Of a stretch of DNA of 64,000 bases, positions 60,852 to 64,000 are shown one piece after another. The stretch covers positions 18,227,731 to 18,291,730 of the forward strand of contig NC_052166.1 of assembly GCF_902713615.1 (NCBI RefSeq), given 5' to 3'. The notes below the pieces were generated by a model. That model saw nothing but the letters and a program-made list of their open reading frames with translations. It had not been told where the DNA came from and searched no databases. Positions within the stretch are counted from its first letter, which is position 1. The number at the start of each line of letters is the position of its first letter. The position numbers and the translations under genes were made by a program. This DNA is from Scyliorhinus canicula. Its lineage: Eukaryota.

Positions 60852-61309
60852 CTGAAACACAACCCAGATAAAATCTTATACAACTCTCCAAAAATATAAG
60901 CAATAGAGTATATTTTTTATTTGGTTCTTGGACGAGGTAGCATTCGAACCCTCGAAACGGAGTGGCTTGGCAGGCCATTTCAGAGAGCAGCAGCCTTTGA
61001 ACCACATTTCTGTAGGTTTGGAGTGACAGGTAGGCAGACTACATTTCTTGAAGGGCATTAGTGAAGCAGATATATTTCTATGACAATCCAGCAGTTTCAT
61101 TGTTATTATTAATGCAACGAGTATTTCAGTTGAGACACCAATTATTTATTTGAATTTAAACTTCTCCAGACACTGAGCTGAGATGTGGAAATGTATGTCC
61201 GCAGAATTAATCTGGTCCTCTGAATAATAATATTCTGTTACAGTCCCCCAAAACAATAAGGTAGCACAGAAACAAGCGAAGCAGAATTCAGTGCAGTCTG
61301 GAAACTGGA

Positions 61310-64000
61310 GTATAATACAGAGTGTATTGACTGCATGAAATGTAATACTGAGCGGTTAGACTGGGTTAGGTGTAATACCGAGTGGTTTGACTGGATGATG
61401 TGTAATACCGAGCAGTTAGACTGGGTGAAGTGTAATGCCGAGCGGTTAGACTGGGTGAGGTTTAATACAGAGCGGTTAGACTGGGTGAAGTGTAATGCCG
61501 AGTGGTTAGACTGTGTGAGGTGTAATACCGAGTGGTTAGACTCTGTGAGGTGTAATACCGAGTGGTTAGACTGTGTGAGGTGTAATACCGAGCGGTTAGA
61601 CTGGGTGAAGTGTAATGCCGAGCGGTTAGACTGGGTGAAGTGTAATGCCGAGCGGTTAGACTGAGTGAGGTGTAATACCGAGCGGTTAGACTGGGTGAAG
61701 TGTAATGCCGAGCGGTTAGACTGGGTGAAGTGTAATGCCGAGTGGTTAGACTGAGTGAAGTGTAATGCCGAGCGGTTAGACTGGGTGATGTGTAATGCCG
61801 AGCGGTTAGACTGGGTGATGTGTAATGCCGAGCGGTTAGACTGGATGATGTGTAATGCCGAGCGGTTAGACTGGGTGAAGTGTAATGCCGAGCGGTTAGA
61901 CTGGGTGAAGTGTAATGCCGAGCGGTTAGACTGGGTGAGGTGTAATACCGAGCGGTTAGACTGGGTGAAGTGTAATGCCGAGCGGTTAGACTGGGTGAGG
62001 TGTAATACCGAGCGGTTAGACTGTGTGAGGTGTAATACTGAGCAGTTAGACTGTGTGAGGTATAATACCGAGCGGTTAGACTGGGTGAGGTGTAATACCG
62101 AGCGGTTAGACTGTGTGAGGTGTAATACTGAGCAGTTAGACTGTGTGAGGTGTAATACCGAGCGGTTAGACTGGGTGAGGTGTAATACCGAGCGGTTAGA
62201 CTGGGTGAAGTGTAATACTGAGCGGTTAGACTGTGTGAGGTGTAATACTGAGCGGTTAGACTGTGAGGTGTAATACCGAGAGGTTAGACTGGGTGAAGTG
62301 TAATACTGAGCAGTTAGACTGTGTGAGGTGTAATACTGAGCGGTTAGAATGGGTGAGGTGTAATACCGAGCGGTTAGACTGGGTGAAGTGTAATGCCGAG
62401 CGGTTAGACTGGGTGAAGTGTAATACTAAGCGGTTAGACTGGGTGAGGTGTAATACCGAGCGGTTAGACTGGGTGAGGGGTAATACCGAGCAGTTAGACT
62501 GTGTGAGGTGTAATACCGAGTGTGTGAAGTAGGTAAGGTGTAATGCCGAGCGGTTCGACTGGGTGACGTGTCATACTGAGCCTGTAGAGTGGGTGAGCTG
62601 TAATAGCGAGCGGTTAGACTACTTGGGGTGTAATATACGGAGGGGTTCGATTGTTTGAGGTGTAATACTGAGCAGTTAGACTGCGTGAGATGTAATACTG
62701 AGCGGTTAGACTGGGTGAGGTGTAATACCGAGCGTTTAGACTGGGTGAGGTGAAATACTGAGCGGATAGAGTGGGTGAGGTGTAATGCCGAGTGGATAGA
62801 CTGTGTGAGGTGTAATACCGAGCGGTTAGACTGTGTGAGGTGTAATACTGAGCGGGTAAACTGTGTGAGGTGTAATACTGAACGGTTAGAGTGGGTGAGG
62901 TGTAATACTGAACGGTTAGAGTGGGTGAGGTGTAATACTGAACGGTTAGAGTGGGTGAGGTGTAATACTGAGTGGATAGAGTGGGTGAGGTGTAATACTG
63001 AGCGGTTAGACTGTGTGAGGTGTAATACCGAGCGGTTAGACTGTGTGAAGTGTAATGCCGAGCGGTTAGCCTGGGTGAAGTGTAATGCCGAGTGGTTAGA
63101 CTGGGTGAAGTGTAATACTGAGCGGTTGGACTGGGTGAAGTGTAATGCCGAGTGGTTAGACTGAGTGAAGTGTAATACCGAGCGGTTAGACTGGGTGAAG
63201 TGTAATGCCGAGTGGTTAGACTGGGTGAAGTGTAATGCCGAGTGGTTAGACTGGGTGAAGTGTAATACTGAGCGGTTAGACTGGGTGAAGTGTAATACCG
63301 AGCGGTTAGACTGGGTGAGGTGTAATACTGAGCGGTTAGACTGGGTGAGGTGCGATACCGAGCGGTTCGACTGGGTGAGGTGAAATACTGAGCCTGTAGA
63401 GTGGGTGATATGTAATACCGAGCGGTTAGACTGTGTGAGGTGCGATACCGAGCGGTTCGACTGGGTGAGGTGATATACTGAGCGGTTATACTGGGTGAAG
63501 TGTAATACCGAGTGGTTAGACTGTGTGAGGTGTAATGCCGAGCGGTTAGAGTGGGTGAGGTTTAATACCGAGCGGTTAGACTGTGTGAGGTGTAATACTG
63601 AGCGGTTAGACTGGGTGAGGTGTAATGCCGAGCGGTTAGAGTGGGTGAGGTTTAATACCGAGCGGTTAGACTGTGTGAGGTGTAATGCCGAGCGGTTAGA
63701 CTGGGTGAAGTGTAATACTGAGCGGTTAGACTGGGTGAAGTGTAATACTGAGCGGTTAGACTGGTTGAAGTGTAATACTGAGCGGTTAGACTGGGTGAGG
63801 TGTAATACTGAGCGGTTAGACTGGGTGAAGTGTAATACTGAGCGGTTAGACTGGTTGAAGTGTAATACTGAGTGGTTAGACTGGTTGAAGTGTAATACTG
63901 AGCGGTTAGACTGTGTGAGGTGTAATGCCGAGCGGTTAGAGTGGGTGAGGTTTAATACCGAGCGGTTAGACTGTGTGAGGTGTAATACTGAGCGGTTAGA
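61310..64000. repeat. 30-bp minisatellite (tgtaataccgagcggttagactgggtgagg), about 90 copies, runs off the window end
   Basis: Directly visible. Confidence 0.98.

Noticed and set aside
61335-63383. CNTERLDWVR repeat ORFs
   Set aside because: These come from the 30-bp minisatellite, with sporadic stops.

Overview
Repeat-dense vertebrate genomic DNA. The SINE/CR1/L1/Penelope repertoire resembles that of sharks (inference from recalled repeat families). Two host genes are supportable. (1) A RING-finger gene, RNF224-like, on + (5201-5722). (2) On the - strand, eight phase-consistent exons between 60851 and 24095 that splice into about 760 aa of a TPR-repeat + CHAT (caspase HetF associated with TPRs) protein, TTC28-like. 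Its CHAT motifs read HIATYG and VVLSSC, so the catalytic His position is Tyr while the Cys is kept. Neither end of this gene was found in the window. The rest is transposon strata: a near-complete Ty3/Gypsy element with no tRNA primer site but a self-complementary one, nested in the protease DTG motif of an older Gypsy; a 4.1-kb L1 with a 15-bp TSD; CR1, RTE and Penelope fragments; a 172-bp hammerhead-like palindrome; a CpG-rich MITE; solo LTRs; and many SINEs. Four multi-kb minisatellites (33, 32, 24 and 30 bp units) generate all the long repetitive ORFs in the track, and these are not genes. All coordinates were read by eye. Family names come from recalled motifs, not database searches.
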